Shown: positions 19,440 through 29,319, counted from the first letter of the stretch. The stretch: 64,000 nt of DNA from Vicinamibacterales bacterium (GCA_036012125.1 DASCOS010000002.1:13021-77020), one strand, 5' to 3'. Numbers and translations: made by a program. Notes: generated by a model from the sequence alone, not told the origin.

Positions 19440-19469
19440 TTGACAGGGTTTATCACCCACCGCTACAAT
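19440..19469 (+). promoter_or_regulatory. sigma70-like promoter candidate for the pyrR operon
   Basis: TTGACA (19440-19445), 18-nt spacer, TACAAT (19464-19469). Confidence 0.45.
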
Positions 19470-19476
19470 TGTTTGA

Positions 19477-19511
19477 CTCTTTAAGAAGCGATCCCGTGAG
19501 ATCAAGAAGAG
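19477..19511 (+). promoter_or_regulatory. possible PyrR-binding stem-loop in the pyrR leader
   Basis: Lower stem CUCUU/AAGAG encloses hairpin GAUC-CCGUGA-GAUC, followed by AGAGGCUUG. This is only a loose resemblance to the UCCAGAGAGGCU binding loop. Confidence 0.25.
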
Positions 19512-19652
19512 GCTTGTGGTGAAAAGTAGGGTCCTCCTGTTTCGCGCGTTTGTCTTGAATCCTTCGAAAATCTGCGTAGCAGTGATTTCGGTGGTCCGTG
19601 GTGTGTGCAGTCGGACCCTCACTATAGGCGAGGTGCGCACGTGCCTATCGTG

Positions 19653-20195
19653 ATGGATGCCGACCTGATGAGCCGAACGCTCACCCGAATTGCACATGAA
19701 GTGAACGAACGGAATCGAGGCGAGCATGAACTTGCGCTCGTTGGTATTCGTACTCGTGGCGCGGTGATCGCTAGACGTCTCGCTGACAAGTTACGAGAAA
19801 TTCTTGGGTCAGAAGTACCTACCGGCGCACTCGACATCACGCTGTATCGTGACGATCTAATGCGCCAACCGGTCGGTCCGCAGCCGATCGTGCGACGCAC
19901 CGAAATCCCATTTTCGATTGACAACAAGAGGATCGTCCTTGTCGACGATGTGCTCTACACTGGCCGTACAATTCGAGCGGCATTAGATGCCCTAATTGAT
20001 TTTGGCCGGCCCCGATCTTTGCAGCTTATCGTTCTGGTTGATCGGGGCCATCGGGAGCTACCGATCAAAGCCGACTACGTTGGTAAGAACCTGCCGACCT
20101 CAACTAGCCAGAGCGTTCAAGTGCACATGCACGAAATAGACGGATGCGATGAGGTTGTGATTCAGGAGGACGAGTCACCTGGGAGAAAGTCGTGA
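19653..20195 (+). CDS. pyrR: bifunctional pyrimidine operon regulator / uracil phosphoribosyltransferase
   Basis: Motifs [25 protein letters not shown], and PRPP loop [17 protein letters not shown]. The GTG at 19641 is an alternative start. Confidence 0.9.
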   Translation: MDADLMSRTLTRIAHEVNERNRGEHELALVGIRTRGAVIARRLADKLREILGSEVPTGALDITLYRDDLMRQPVGPQPIVRRTEIPFSIDNKRIVLVDDVLYTGRTIRAALDALIDFGRPRSLQLIVLVDRGHRELPIKADYVGKNLPTSTSQSVQVHMHEIDGCDEVVIQEDESPGRKS

Positions 20196-21193
20196 CGGGT
20201 TCAGAGAGCGCGAACCGTGTGACGGTCACTAACGACGCCAACGAAACGTCCATAATGCCTAGGACCACCCTACGATCGCATCATCTTCTCAGCATCGGCG
20301 ACTTGGATTCTGACGAAATTAACCTGATCCTCGATACAGCCGAAGCGATGAAGGAGATCGGTTCGCGGACGATAAAAAAAGTTCCCGCGCTCCGTGGAAA
20401 GACCATCGTCAACCTCTTCTACGAGCCGAGTACTCGCACCCGTACGTCATTCGAAATCGCTGAGAAACGTCTGAGTGCAGACTCGCTCAATATTGCGGTC
20501 ACTGGCTCGAGCGTCGTTAAAGGTGAGACCCTGTTCGACACAGCCCGTAATCTTGAAGCGATGGCACCGGACATCATCGTTCTGCGCCATGAAGCCTCTG
20601 GCGCGCCGCATCAACTCGCTGGTATCTGCCGAGCAGGGGTGATTAACGCAGGTGACGGTATGCATGAGCACCCAACCCAAGCGCTGTTGGACGGGTTTAC
20701 GATACGTGCCCATAAAGGTCGGATTGAGGGGTTGAAGGTCGTGATTGTTGGGGATCTGCTGCATAGTCGCGTGCTTCGATCAAATATCCTTTTGCTACGA
20801 GAGCTTGGTGCTGACATTTGGGTGTGCGGCCCACCTACGCTGATGCCACAGGGTATCGAACACTTTGGTGTTCACGCGACTACGAAACTCGACGAAGCAA
20901 CTGAGGGTGCAGACGTTATTATGATGTTGCGGCTCCAGCGGGAGAGGATGCAGGGGCATTTTGTGCCGTCGCTTCGTGAATACTTTGCGGTCTACGGGCT
21001 GACAGTCGAACGGGTCGAACGCGCGAAGCCAGACGTCATCATTATGCATCCTGGGCCGATAAACCGTGGAGTGGAAATCGCTTCGGAGGTAGCTGACGGT
21101 CCATATTCGGTCATGCTGGAGCAAGTGGCCAATGGTGTGGCAGTGCGCATGGCTGTGTTGTATCTGTTGGCTGGGAATCCTGATGAGATGTGA
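20192..21193 (+). CDS. pyrB: aspartate carbamoyltransferase catalytic subunit
   Basis: Motifs [25 protein letters not shown]. The ATG at 20255 is an alternative start. Confidence 0.92.
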   Translation: MTGSESANRVTVTNDANETSIMPRTTLRSHHLLSIGDLDSDEINLILDTAEAMKEIGSRTIKKVPALRGKTIVNLFYEPSTRTRTSFEIAEKRLSADSLNIAVTGSSVVKGETLFDTARNLEAMAPDIIVLRHEASGAPHQLAGICRAGVINAGDGMHEHPTQALLDGFTIRAHKGRIEGLKVVIVGDLLHSRVLRSNILLLRELGADIWVCGPPTLMPQGIEHFGVHATTKLDEATEGADVIMMLRLQRERMQGHFVPSLREYFAVYGLTVERVERAKPDVIIMHPGPINRGVEIASEVADGPYSVMLEQVANGVAVRMAVLYLLAGNPDEM

Positions 21194-21220
21194 AACGCGA
21201 CGGATAGGCGTTAGTGACTG

Positions 21221-22537
21221 ATGAAGATACTGTTGAAAGGTGGTCGAGTTGTCGACCCTGCAACAAACCGCGACACCATTTGCGATGTGCTTATCGATGG
21301 TGCGGTAATTGAACGGGTTGGCTCAGACCTACCAACTGCCGGCGTAACGGTCGTCGAAGTTCCCACCGGATGTGTGGTATGTCCCGGTTTTATTGACATG
21401 CATGTACACCTGCGTGAACCTGGACAGGAGCACAAGGAGACAATCGCGACGGGAACGACTGCTGCTGTGGCTGGGGGTTTCACTGCCGTTGCATGCATGC
21501 CTAATACCCAGCCTGTGAATGACCATGCGGGAATCACAGAACTTATTTTGTCCAAGGCTGCGGCCGCAGCACAAGCGAGGGTGTATCCGATCGGTGCCGT
21601 TTCACGTGGATCGCAAGGGGAGCAACTCGCAGACCTTGCGGAGTTACGAGCTGCTGGGTGTGTTGCAGTTTCTGATGACGGTCATCCGGTTGCCGACGCA
21701 CTGCTGATGCGACGGGCGCTCGAATATGCCTCGTCTTTTGGGATGCCTGTCATCGACCACTGCGAAGATCCGGCGCTAAGGGGCGGTGTGGCCCATGAAG
21801 GATTTCAGGCGTCCGCGCTGGGACTTCGAGGCCTTCCGGCTATTGCCGAGGAGCTAATCGTTGAACGTGACGTAACGATAGCTGGGTTGATTGGAGCTCC
21901 AGTGCACGTCGCCCACATGAGTGTGCAGGGTTCCCTGCGAGCGGTACGTTCGGGGAAGGACCGGGACGTTCCGGTCACCTGCGAAGTCACGCCGCATCAT
22001 TTCATCTTGACTGACGAAGTTCTGCAGAGCTACGACACGAATACCAAGATGAATCCACCACTGCGCGAAGTTGCTGACCGAGACACAATGTTACAAGGAC
22101 TCGCCGATGGCTCTATTGATGTCATAGCAACCGACCACGCGCCACACCACTACGACGAGAAGGCGGTAGAGTTCGATCGGGCGCCGTTTGGAATTATAGG
22201 GCTTGAAACAGCGGTTTCTCTCTCTCTTGACCGCCTCGTGAAGCGTGGTGTTCTCTCGCTGAACCGGTTGGTGGAACTCTACTCAACGAATCCAGCGAGA
22301 ATCCTCGGTGTCGCTGGCGGTATACTGGAAACGGGTGCACCCGCTGATTTGACGATAATCGCGCCAGATATTCAGACAACCATTGATACGACCCAGATGC
22401 GCTCAAAGGCAAAGAACACTCCCTTTGACGGCTGGGAATTGTGCGGAAGCGTCGCTGCAACCATCGTTGCCGGGCGGGTTCTCTACGTGAGTGACACGGT
22501 GGCAGGTGCCAACGTTTTTTCAAAGGAGTGGAAGTAA
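21221..22537 (+). CDS. pyrC: dihydroorotase (long, class I type)
   Basis: Motifs DMHVHLREPG, TDHAPH, and overall amidohydrolase pattern. Confidence 0.9.
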   Translation: MKILLKGGRVVDPATNRDTICDVLIDGAVIERVGSDLPTAGVTVVEVPTGCVVCPGFIDMHVHLREPGQEHKETIATGTTAAVAGGFTAVACMPNTQPVNDHAGITELILSKAAAAAQARVYPIGAVSRGSQGEQLADLAELRAAGCVAVSDDGHPVADALLMRRALEYASSFGMPVIDHCEDPALRGGVAHEGFQASALGLRGLPAIAEELIVERDVTIAGLIGAPVHVAHMSVQGSLRAVRSGKDRDVPVTCEVTPHHFILTDEVLQSYDTNTKMNPPLREVADRDTMLQGLADGSIDVIATDHAPHHYDEKAVEFDRAPFGIIGLETAVSLSLDRLVKRGVLSLNRLVELYSTNPARILGVAGGILETGAPADLTIIAPDIQTTIDTTQMRSKAKNTPFDGWELCGSVAATIVAGRVLYVSDTVAGANVFSKEWK

Positions 22538-22541
22538 CTAC

Positions 22542-23165
22542 GTGGTGAGTCGGCAGGCCGATATTAGTGAGAGAGCACTGAAAGATTTGCAGCGGCTCCA
22601 GGTTCTGATGGTTGATGGCCATTTTGATTACGGTAATGGATACCACGGCCGTGCATACCTAAACGCTCACCAGCTATTCCGTCAGCCATCGACGATATGG
22701 CGTTTTGCTCAGGACCTCATCGATGTTCTTCCGTTTGAACTTCTGTCACAGGTCGAAGTGTTTGCCGGACCGGTGACCGGTGGAGCCCTCCTAGCGCACA
22801 CCATCGCTGGCCTGATGGACGGGAAGCGGAAGTTGACCCATCCGCCCTGCGTGTTTGCACCGTTCAATGTTGGCACTGACCGTGGCCTGTATCTTAGAAG
22901 TTTCTATGCCGCTCAAATTGCTGGTAAGCGGGTTTTACTTGCTGACGACGTCCGTAATACGGGTGAGACACTCCATAAGTGTGCGGAGCTCGTCACCGAG
23001 GCGGGCGGGACACCAATCGGAACTGTCCAGATTTACGACAGACTCGAAGTCGTTAAGGCCCTCACTGTGCCGAATATAGCGCTTGCCGAGTACCGGGCAC
23101 CAGACAATTATCCGGCCGAAGCTTGTCCGCTCTGCGCTTCTGGTCAGGCGATTACAGCTTTTTGA
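22542..23165 (+). CDS. phosphoribosyltransferase-domain protein, divergent paralog of the in-window pyrE
   Basis: GTG start 14 nt after SD AAGGAG. PRPP loop VLLADDVRNTGETL and C-terminal CPLC as in pyrE. However, the orotate-region motif FRLSSG is replaced by FDYGNG. Confidence 0.7.
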   Translation: MVSRQADISERALKDLQRLQVLMVDGHFDYGNGYHGRAYLNAHQLFRQPSTIWRFAQDLIDVLPFELLSQVEVFAGPVTGGALLAHTIAGLMDGKRKLTHPPCVFAPFNVGTDRGLYLRSFYAAQIAGKRVLLADDVRNTGETLHKCAELVTEAGGTPIGTVQIYDRLEVVKALTVPNIALAEYRAPDNYPAEACPLCASGQAITAF

Positions 23166-23221
23166 CGAGCCGTTTTCTGTCACATCGGCACCACTCTGCT
23201 GCTTCCCGCGCTCGGTTAAAG

Positions 23222-24085
23222 ATGGGGCTCGAGCGTCTCTTTACTGGCTCCAACATTGTCAAATCGGCCGAGGACCCGATTCAAATCGTTTACCGCTACC
23301 CAGAGACTGCAGATAGGGAAATTGTTGCTTTCTGTGCGTCCGCCCTCGCATTTGGGCGAGTGAAAACCGTGATGGCTTCTATCGAAGCACTTGTGGCTTT
23401 GATGGGGCCGTCGCCGCTACGTTTCATTACGACGTTTGAACCGGCTGATGCACAACGCCACTTACGCGGATTTAGGCATCGCTGGATTCGCGACGCTGAC
23501 ATCGTAGCGCTACTTTGGATGCTTCGGCAGATGATTGACCAGCATGGGTCGATTGAAAAATTTTTTGCCGAAGGGCGAGGTGAGGTAACGGTATCGGTAG
23601 CCTGTCAGCTCGAATCGTTTTGCACACGGGCAATGGCACTCGATATTAGTCGAGCGTACGGGCGCGTTCCACGGACGCCAGGTGTCCGCTATTTCTTTCC
23701 GCGTCCCTCGACTGGTAGTGCATGCAAACGCCTGAACTTGTTCCTTCGCTGGATGGTGCGTCGGGACGAACCAGACCCTGGAGGCTGGACGATTCTCGCA
23801 CCCTCGGTGCTGATCGTCCCACTGGACGTGCATGTGATTCGAGTTAGTCAATGCCTCGGCCTGACGCCTTACCGCTCTTCCGGCTGGCGGATGGCTGCAT
23901 CAATTACAGATTCCCTCCGTGATCTCGATGCGGATGACCCCATCCGGTACGATTTCGCGATCTGCCATCTAGGGATAGCGGGAGCGTGCGGATTCGAACG
24001 CCGGGAGAAGGACTCCCGGTGTCCGCTTCGTGGACTGTGCCGACCGGCACCTCGACGGAAACGGTCGATTCAAGCAATCCGATAG
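23222..24085 (+). CDS. TIGR02757/DUF2400-like protein with EndoIII-like HhH and Asp motifs and a C-terminal 4-Cys cluster
   Basis: GSACKRLNLFLRW and PLDVHVIRVSQCLGL parallel GVGRKTANLVLTL and VDTHVHRISNRLG of the in-window Nth. C-terminal cysteine spacing is C-x7-C-x10-C-x5-C. Confidence 0.6.
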   Translation: MGLERLFTGSNIVKSAEDPIQIVYRYPETADREIVAFCASALAFGRVKTVMASIEALVALMGPSPLRFITTFEPADAQRHLRGFRHRWIRDADIVALLWMLRQMIDQHGSIEKFFAEGRGEVTVSVACQLESFCTRAMALDISRAYGRVPRTPGVRYFFPRPSTGSACKRLNLFLRWMVRRDEPDPGGWTILAPSVLIVPLDVHVIRVSQCLGLTPYRSSGWRMAASITDSLRDLDADDPIRYDFAICHLGIAGACGFERREKDSRCPLRGLCRPAPRRKRSIQAIR

Positions 24086-24117
24086 TCGAGGATATCGACC
24101 GAAAACCCCAGTGAACC

Positions 24118-24864
24118 TTAGCGCCGCTGACGTTCCCATAGCTTAGCGAACTTCAAAAATACATAGTAAGCATTCATTGTTGAAATAATGAATCCAGCTA
24201 CACCGTCCCGAATTCCCCCGCGTAATAGATAGTTTCTAAGGAAGGCTAGGATCGGATGGACGACCAATCTGAGAAAGCTGGTACGCCGTCCTTGGGCTGC
24301 CATGTCGTCTGCCGCGAGAGTTGCATAGCGGTCAATCGTATCGAGCTGATGCGAAAGATCTCGATACGTATAATGTTCGAGTTCGTGCTGAAAACGGCCG
24401 ACCCGTCCAGAAACGGTCACCGATTCGTGAACACTAGGCGTGCTCCAGCGCCCAACACGCCGGTCGTAAAGGCGAAGCTGAAAATCTGGATACCAATCAG
24501 TAGAACGGACCCACCTTCCGAGATGGAAAGTGACCCTTGGCACGCGGTAGCCGCGGTGGGCCGGTTCAGTTTCCAGAAGTTGACGGATCTCCTGCGCTAA
24601 TTGATGAGGGACGCGCTCGTCGGCATCGAGGGAAAAAATCCAATCGTGGCTAGCGATCTCGGCCGCGTAGTTCTTTTGGTCGCCGTACCCAGTCCAAGAC
24701 CGCACAAAAACATGGTCTGTGAATCGGCGGGCGATGTCAGCCGTGCCATCTTCGCTACCACAGTCAACGACAATAAGCTCATCAGCCCAGGAGACTGACT
24801 CAAGGGCGTAGGCAAGGTTCTTCTTTTCGTTTTTTGTGATAACCGTGACCGACAACTTCGGCAC
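24118..24864 (-). CDS. family 2 glycosyltransferase
   Basis: Motif LSVTVITKNEKKNL...LIVVDCGSEDGT and a DxD-like LDADE. A GTG start at 24864 is preferred because the longer ORF overlaps the TolC 3' end. Confidence 0.8.
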   Translation of the reverse strand: MPKLSVTVITKNEKKNLAYALESVSWADELIVVDCGSEDGTADIARRFTDHVFVRSWTGYGDQKNYAAEIASHDWIFSLDADERVPHQLAQEIRQLLETEPAHRGYRVPRVTFHLGRWVRSTDWYPDFQLRLYDRRVGRWSTPSVHESVTVSGRVGRFQHELEHYTYRDLSHQLDTIDRYATLAADDMAAQGRRTSFLRLVVHPILAFLRNYLLRGGIRDGVAGFIISTMNAYYVFLKFAKLWERQRR

Positions 24865-24922
24865 AGAACAAGTGTAGCACCATCCCCGGACTGACTCCGA
24901 CGATGATACGTGGGGTGCGGGG

Positions 24923-26677
24923 CTAGAACGGTGGACCGGCTCCGCCTGCGAACTGACCACCGACGAGTTGCCCTCCACCAAGCTGGCCACCGCTGGCTTG
25001 TACGCCACTGGTCGCTCCAGGTGTAAGTGTGAACGAACCGCCGCCCCCAGTCAGTGAAATCTCTTGCACCGCTTCGAAGTCAACAAGAGCCTGGTTGTAA
25101 TCGAGCACAGCACCTAATTCGCTGTTACGTGCATCAGCTAGGTCTCGCTGAGCTTGGAACACGAGAAAGCTTGTTGACATACCAACATTGAATTTTTTTT
25201 GTTCCGCCTCCAAACGATCTTCGGCCAATTGACGGGCCACCCTGGTCGCATCGACTCGCTTAATGTTGGTGTTGACGTTCCGGCCCGCTCGTCGAACTTC
25301 CTGGGCCGCGCGAAGTTCCGCGGTTCGTATTCGAACCTCGGTCTGCGTCCGCTCGAGACGGGACCGTGCTAGGTTGGCATCAGCAGTGCTTGTGCCCAGC
25401 GGATAGGACAGTGTCATAGCGAATGTCCAGGTCGGAAAGTCACTGACCAGAGCACTACGCATTACTGAACCAAAACTTGACTCAGTTTGGCTGATTACGT
25501 CTCCGCCAAACATTCCTTCCCGCGTCAACTTTGTCCCGCCTGCGGCTGTAGCTGAATAATTCATCTGGAAGTTGAGGTCTGGCAGCCGTTGATTCTCATA
25601 ATAGCGAATGTTCGTATCGGCATTATCTAGGTTTCGTCTGATCTGTGTGATGTCAGTTCGTTGACTAAGAGCATTGGCGACTGCGGCGTCAATATCAATT
25701 TCGCCAGCATGTAAACGCGCGGTGTCGCTTGGCTCCAATCGCACTGACCAGAAATTCGGAGCGGAGGATTCCATAATCAGGGTCCGCAACACGTCTTCGT
25801 TCTCCTCAATGAGGGCCTCAGCGACGATGACAGCCTCTTCATTCCTCGCGACTTCAGCCTCAGCTTCAACAATGTCAATCGGGGCCATAGTGCCCACTTC
25901 AACCCGAGTCCGATTGTTTCGTAGTGACTCCTCAGCGAGTTCGAGGGATTGTTGCTGCACAGCGAACGTCGCAATAGAAGCCGATAGCTCCCAATAGGCG
26001 TTCTTGACCTGACGAATGGTCGACGTGATCGTGTCTCTTAACTGGATGTCAGAGATATCACGGTTGGTCCTGCTGATTTGTAGCCTCTGTCTCACGTTGT
26101 CAATCTTGAGATTCCTGAGTAGCGGTTGGACATATTGCACTGACACTGTTGATCGCAGTGCTGGATTGAAGCTGGTGAAGAAGCTTGAGGTCGACTGGCG
26201 ATTGCCGTCCCAGTTAACGCTGTAGTTTCCGCCCCATGGCGTGAGTTGAGTGATGCCGACAGCATTCTGAAGCGTGTCGGTATTGATCTGTTTCAGGCCG
26301 CCTGACAGTTGGCTCGTGGACGGGCTGACCTGAGAGTTATTTTGGAGGGTTGTGTTAAAAGTCGGTGCCCAAGCCGACCGCGCGTCCAAAATGGATATGT
26401 CCTGAATTAAAGGACTTAATCGCTGCACTCGAATGTCGAGATTTTGTTCCAAGGCCATTTCGACGGCTTCATCCAGGGAGAGTCTCAAAACCGCCTGATT
26501 TCCCATCTGTTCGTCTTCGACCTGCGGTAGAACTAAGCCTTCACTAAGTCGAATTCCTTCGAGCACGGAAGACCGTTCGTATTTGGCCAGTGTCTGACCT
26601 GACGCGGACATGACACACAACAAAGAAATCGCCACAACTCCCAGGGCGAACAACCGTTGAAAAACTTCCCCAATCAT
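24923..26677 (-). CDS. TolC-family outer membrane efflux protein
   Basis: Signal peptide, then LSLDEAVEMALEQNLDIRV, two OEP-type repeats, and a Gly/Gln-rich C-terminal tail. Confidence 0.8.
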   Translation of the reverse strand: MIGEVFQRLFALGVVAISLLCVMSASGQTLAKYERSSVLEGIRLSEGLVLPQVEDEQMGNQAVLRLSLDEAVEMALEQNLDIRVQRLSPLIQDISILDARSAWAPTFNTTLQNNSQVSPSTSQLSGGLKQINTDTLQNAVGITQLTPWGGNYSVNWDGNRQSTSSFFTSFNPALRSTVSVQYVQPLLRNLKIDNVRQRLQISRTNRDISDIQLRDTITSTIRQVKNAYWELSASIATFAVQQQSLELAEESLRNNRTRVEVGTMAPIDIVEAEAEVARNEEAVIVAEALIEENEDVLRTLIMESSAPNFWSVRLEPSDTARLHAGEIDIDAAVANALSQRTDITQIRRNLDNADTNIRYYENQRLPDLNFQMNYSATAAGGTKLTREGMFGGDVISQTESSFGSVMRSALVSDFPTWTFAMTLSYPLGTSTADANLARSRLERTQTEVRIRTAELRAAQEVRRAGRNVNTNIKRVDATRVARQLAEDRLEAEQKKFNVGMSTSFLVFQAQRDLADARNSELGAVLDYNQALVDFEAVQEISLTGGGGSFTLTPGATSGVQASGGQLGGGQLVGGQFAGGAGPPF

Positions 26678-26960
26678 GACTATCACTCTCCTCTGTGGGC
26701 GAATCACTCAGCGGGTCAACAAACTTGGATACCTACAAGAGCTGCGCCGGGCACGTTTCAAGCGTTCCGGCGAGTTGCCTCAGCCTTGTGCCTGTATAGA
26801 CGTTCAAGACCGAAAGTAAGTTTGAGTCAATTGTATACTAGGGCGACGGTAACGTTTCGAAGGTCAGGGATGGGGGCCCTTAGACGGTTCCGAAGTGACC
26901 GTATCGTGGCGGTGTAAAGTTTCGTCCTTTAGGTGCTATCTAGACGATATTCCATTCATT

Positions 26961-27542
26961 ATGAATTCAGATCAAATCCTTGAATTGTTTAGAGACGCTG
27001 GAGCCCTCTCGTTTGGTCACTTCCGGCTTTCGTCAGGTCTACACAGTCAGGGATACCTCCAATGTGCGCAGGTGCTTCAGCATCCTTCGCATGCCCGCAC
27101 CCTTGGCGAAGCCATTGCGGTGCGGGCAGGAGTGTGGGACCCAGTAACGGTGCTTTCCCCTGCAATGGGCGGCGTTGTCATCGGCCATGAGGTTGCACAC
27201 GGGCTCAACGTTCGGGCTATTTTCGCTGAGAGGACAGCAGGCGACTTGAGCCTGCGAAGGGGATTTGTTCTTGTGCCGGGTGAGCGTGTTCTTGTGGTTG
27301 AGGATGTCATCACTACAGGTAAATCAACGCGTGAAACGATCGAACTTGCGCGGCAAGCGGGTGCTGAAGTTGTTGGTGCAGCAGCAATCATCGATCGGGG
27401 TTCCGGCACAGAATTGGAGGTGCCATGGTTCGCCTTGGCCAGGGTAGAACTTCCTACCTACGACCCGGGTCGCTGCCCGCTTTGCCAGTCTAAGACTCCA
27501 ATTGTCAAGCCAGGCTCACGGCCGGATTCAAACCCTCGGTAA
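26961..27542 (+). CDS. pyrE: orotate phosphoribosyltransferase
   Basis: Motifs GHFRLSSGLHS and PRPP loop VLVVEDVITTGKST. Start at MNSDQILELF. Confidence 0.85.
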   Translation: MNSDQILELFRDAGALSFGHFRLSSGLHSQGYLQCAQVLQHPSHARTLGEAIAVRAGVWDPVTVLSPAMGGVVIGHEVAHGLNVRAIFAERTAGDLSLRRGFVLVPGERVLVVEDVITTGKSTRETIELARQAGAEVVGAAAIIDRGSGTELEVPWFALARVELPTYDPGRCPLCQSKTPIVKPGSRPDSNPR

Positions 27543-27580
27543 TCCCTTCACCTGACTGAGTTGGCGCCATATTACTTTCT

Positions 27581-28345
27581 GTGATGCACAGAACCATCAA
27601 GCTTACGATCGCTTACGAAGGTTCTGGATATGTTGGTTGGCAACGGCAACCGAACGGACGGTCGATACAAGGCCTAATCGAGGACTCGTTTAGGCGCATC
27701 GAGGGTGCGCCGGTCACAATTATTGGCGCAGGGCGGACTGATGCGGGCGTACACGCGCTTGGGCAAGTAGCGAGTGCACGAATCACTCACGCCATTGGAG
27801 TGGCTGACTTAGTCCGCGCGCTCAATGCCATACTGCCTCCTGACATCAGAGTCCTTGAGGCGATCGAGATGCCTAACAGCTTTGATGCTAGGAAGAGTTC
27901 TGTGGGCAAGGTGTATCGGTATAGGGTTGTTACCGGTCCCTTTGTGAGTCCGTTTGAGCGTCGTTACGCTTGGCATATCGAGAGACCATTGGATTGCAGG
28001 GCTATGCAGGACGGAGGTAAGGCATTTCTTGGCGAGCACGACTTTGCCGGGTTTCAGACAACCGGAAGCGACGTAAAAACTTCCGTTCGCCGGATTAGTC
28101 GTCTCGATGTTAATGAGGGCGATCTGGATCGTACTGCTGGAGGTGGCCGGCTCATGACGATCGAAGTGGAGGGAAACGGTTTTCTCCGTCACATGGTTCG
28201 AACAATCGTTGGAACCCTCGTTGAGGTTGGTACGCAGCAGCGAGTGCCAGCTGATATTGCTCAGGTGCTAGAGTCGCGAAACCGTGCTAAAGCAGGACCG
28301 ACGGCCCCTGCTGAAGGCCTGTTTCTTGTGCGGGTCAACTACTAA
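27581..28345 (+). CDS. truA: tRNA pseudouridine38-40 synthase
   Basis: Motifs IAYEGSGYVGWQRQ, GAGRTDAGVHA, FLRHMVR. Confidence 0.92.
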   Translation: MMHRTIKLTIAYEGSGYVGWQRQPNGRSIQGLIEDSFRRIEGAPVTIIGAGRTDAGVHALGQVASARITHAIGVADLVRALNAILPPDIRVLEAIEMPNSFDARKSSVGKVYRYRVVTGPFVSPFERRYAWHIERPLDCRAMQDGGKAFLGEHDFAGFQTTGSDVKTSVRRISRLDVNEGDLDRTAGGGRLMTIEVEGNGFLRHMVRTIVGTLVEVGTQQRVPADIAQVLESRNRAKAGPTAPAEGLFLVRVNY

Positions 28346-28469
28346 GACCTGTCGTTACTCGGCGTTTCCTTGAACCGTATCTGGTCAGCCTGTATCATCG
28401 TCATTCTAAGGGGTTTCGGTCGGTTCTTCGCTCTCACTTTTCCTCGAGCACCGGCCGGCTGGCAGACGC

Positions 28470-29252
28470 ATGGGCCTGGACGATGTCCTAAGTTGGGTTG
28501 AACAAGATTCGGCGGAAGCTGAACTGGCTAGCCAAATCGACTTTGAACGTCTTCCCACCCACGTGGCCATCATAATGGACGGGAATGGACGGTGGGCGGC
28601 ACAGAGAGGTTTGCCACGTGTCCATGGTCACCGAGCCGGCATCGACTCGGTACGTGATGTGGTCGAGGCATCTGCGCGACTCGGTGTGCAGGTGCTGACG
28701 CTCTACGCGTTCTCAGTTGAGAATTGGAAGCGTCCGCCTGGCGAGGTCGCTACGCTGATGACGCTGCTCAAGCGTTACCTGCGTCAGGAATTGAGAACAC
28801 TCCTAGACAACAACATTCGATTCAATGTCGTTGGGCGTGGAGATGAGCTTACTCCAGATATCCGTGACGAGTTGGCTTTTGCTACTCGACAGACCAAGGC
28901 TAACACCTCTATGCAGTTTAACATCGCTCTAAACTACGGCGGGCGAGCGGAGATCGTCGATGCCGCACGGTGTGCGATGGATGCGGGCATTTGCGCAAAT
29001 GATCTCGACGAAGAGCGCTTTGCAGGCTTTCTTTACACAGCCGGACAGCCTGATCCGGATTTACTTATCCGGACGAGCGGCGAGATGCGAGTCAGCAACT
29101 TTCTGTTGTGGCAGATCGCCTACGCGGAAATTTGGGTGACAGAGACCCTCTGGCCGGATTTCCGATGTCGCCATTTGTTCGAAGCGCTTCTTGCTTATCA
29201 GAGGCGAGAACGGCGTTACGGTGGAATCAATCGTCCGGTTGTTGCCGGATAG
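28470..29252 (+). CDS. uppS: undecaprenyl diphosphate synthase
   Basis: Motifs HVAIIMDGNGRWA, FSVENWKRP, IRTSGEMRVSNFLLWQ. Confidence 0.92.
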   Translation: MGLDDVLSWVEQDSAEAELASQIDFERLPTHVAIIMDGNGRWAAQRGLPRVHGHRAGIDSVRDVVEASARLGVQVLTLYAFSVENWKRPPGEVATLMTLLKRYLRQELRTLLDNNIRFNVVGRGDELTPDIRDELAFATRQTKANTSMQFNIALNYGGRAEIVDAARCAMDAGICANDLDEERFAGFLYTAGQPDPDLLIRTSGEMRVSNFLLWQIAYAEIWVTETLWPDFRCRHLFEALLAYQRRERRYGGINRPVVAG

Positions 29253-29319
29253 GCGACTACCGTCTTTCTTGGTTCTCGCCCACGATTTTGGAATGAGTTC
29301 CTGACAAGGATCTAAGCAC

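Noticed and set aside
18465-19727. A 420-aa ORF suggesting a long N-terminal extension on PyrK that spans the pyrK-pyrR intergenic region.
   Set aside because: The first 147 codons have no PyrK-like or other recognisable sequence. They cover the divergent promoter and leader region. The conserved protein begins at MPVDVDARVV (ATG at 19286).
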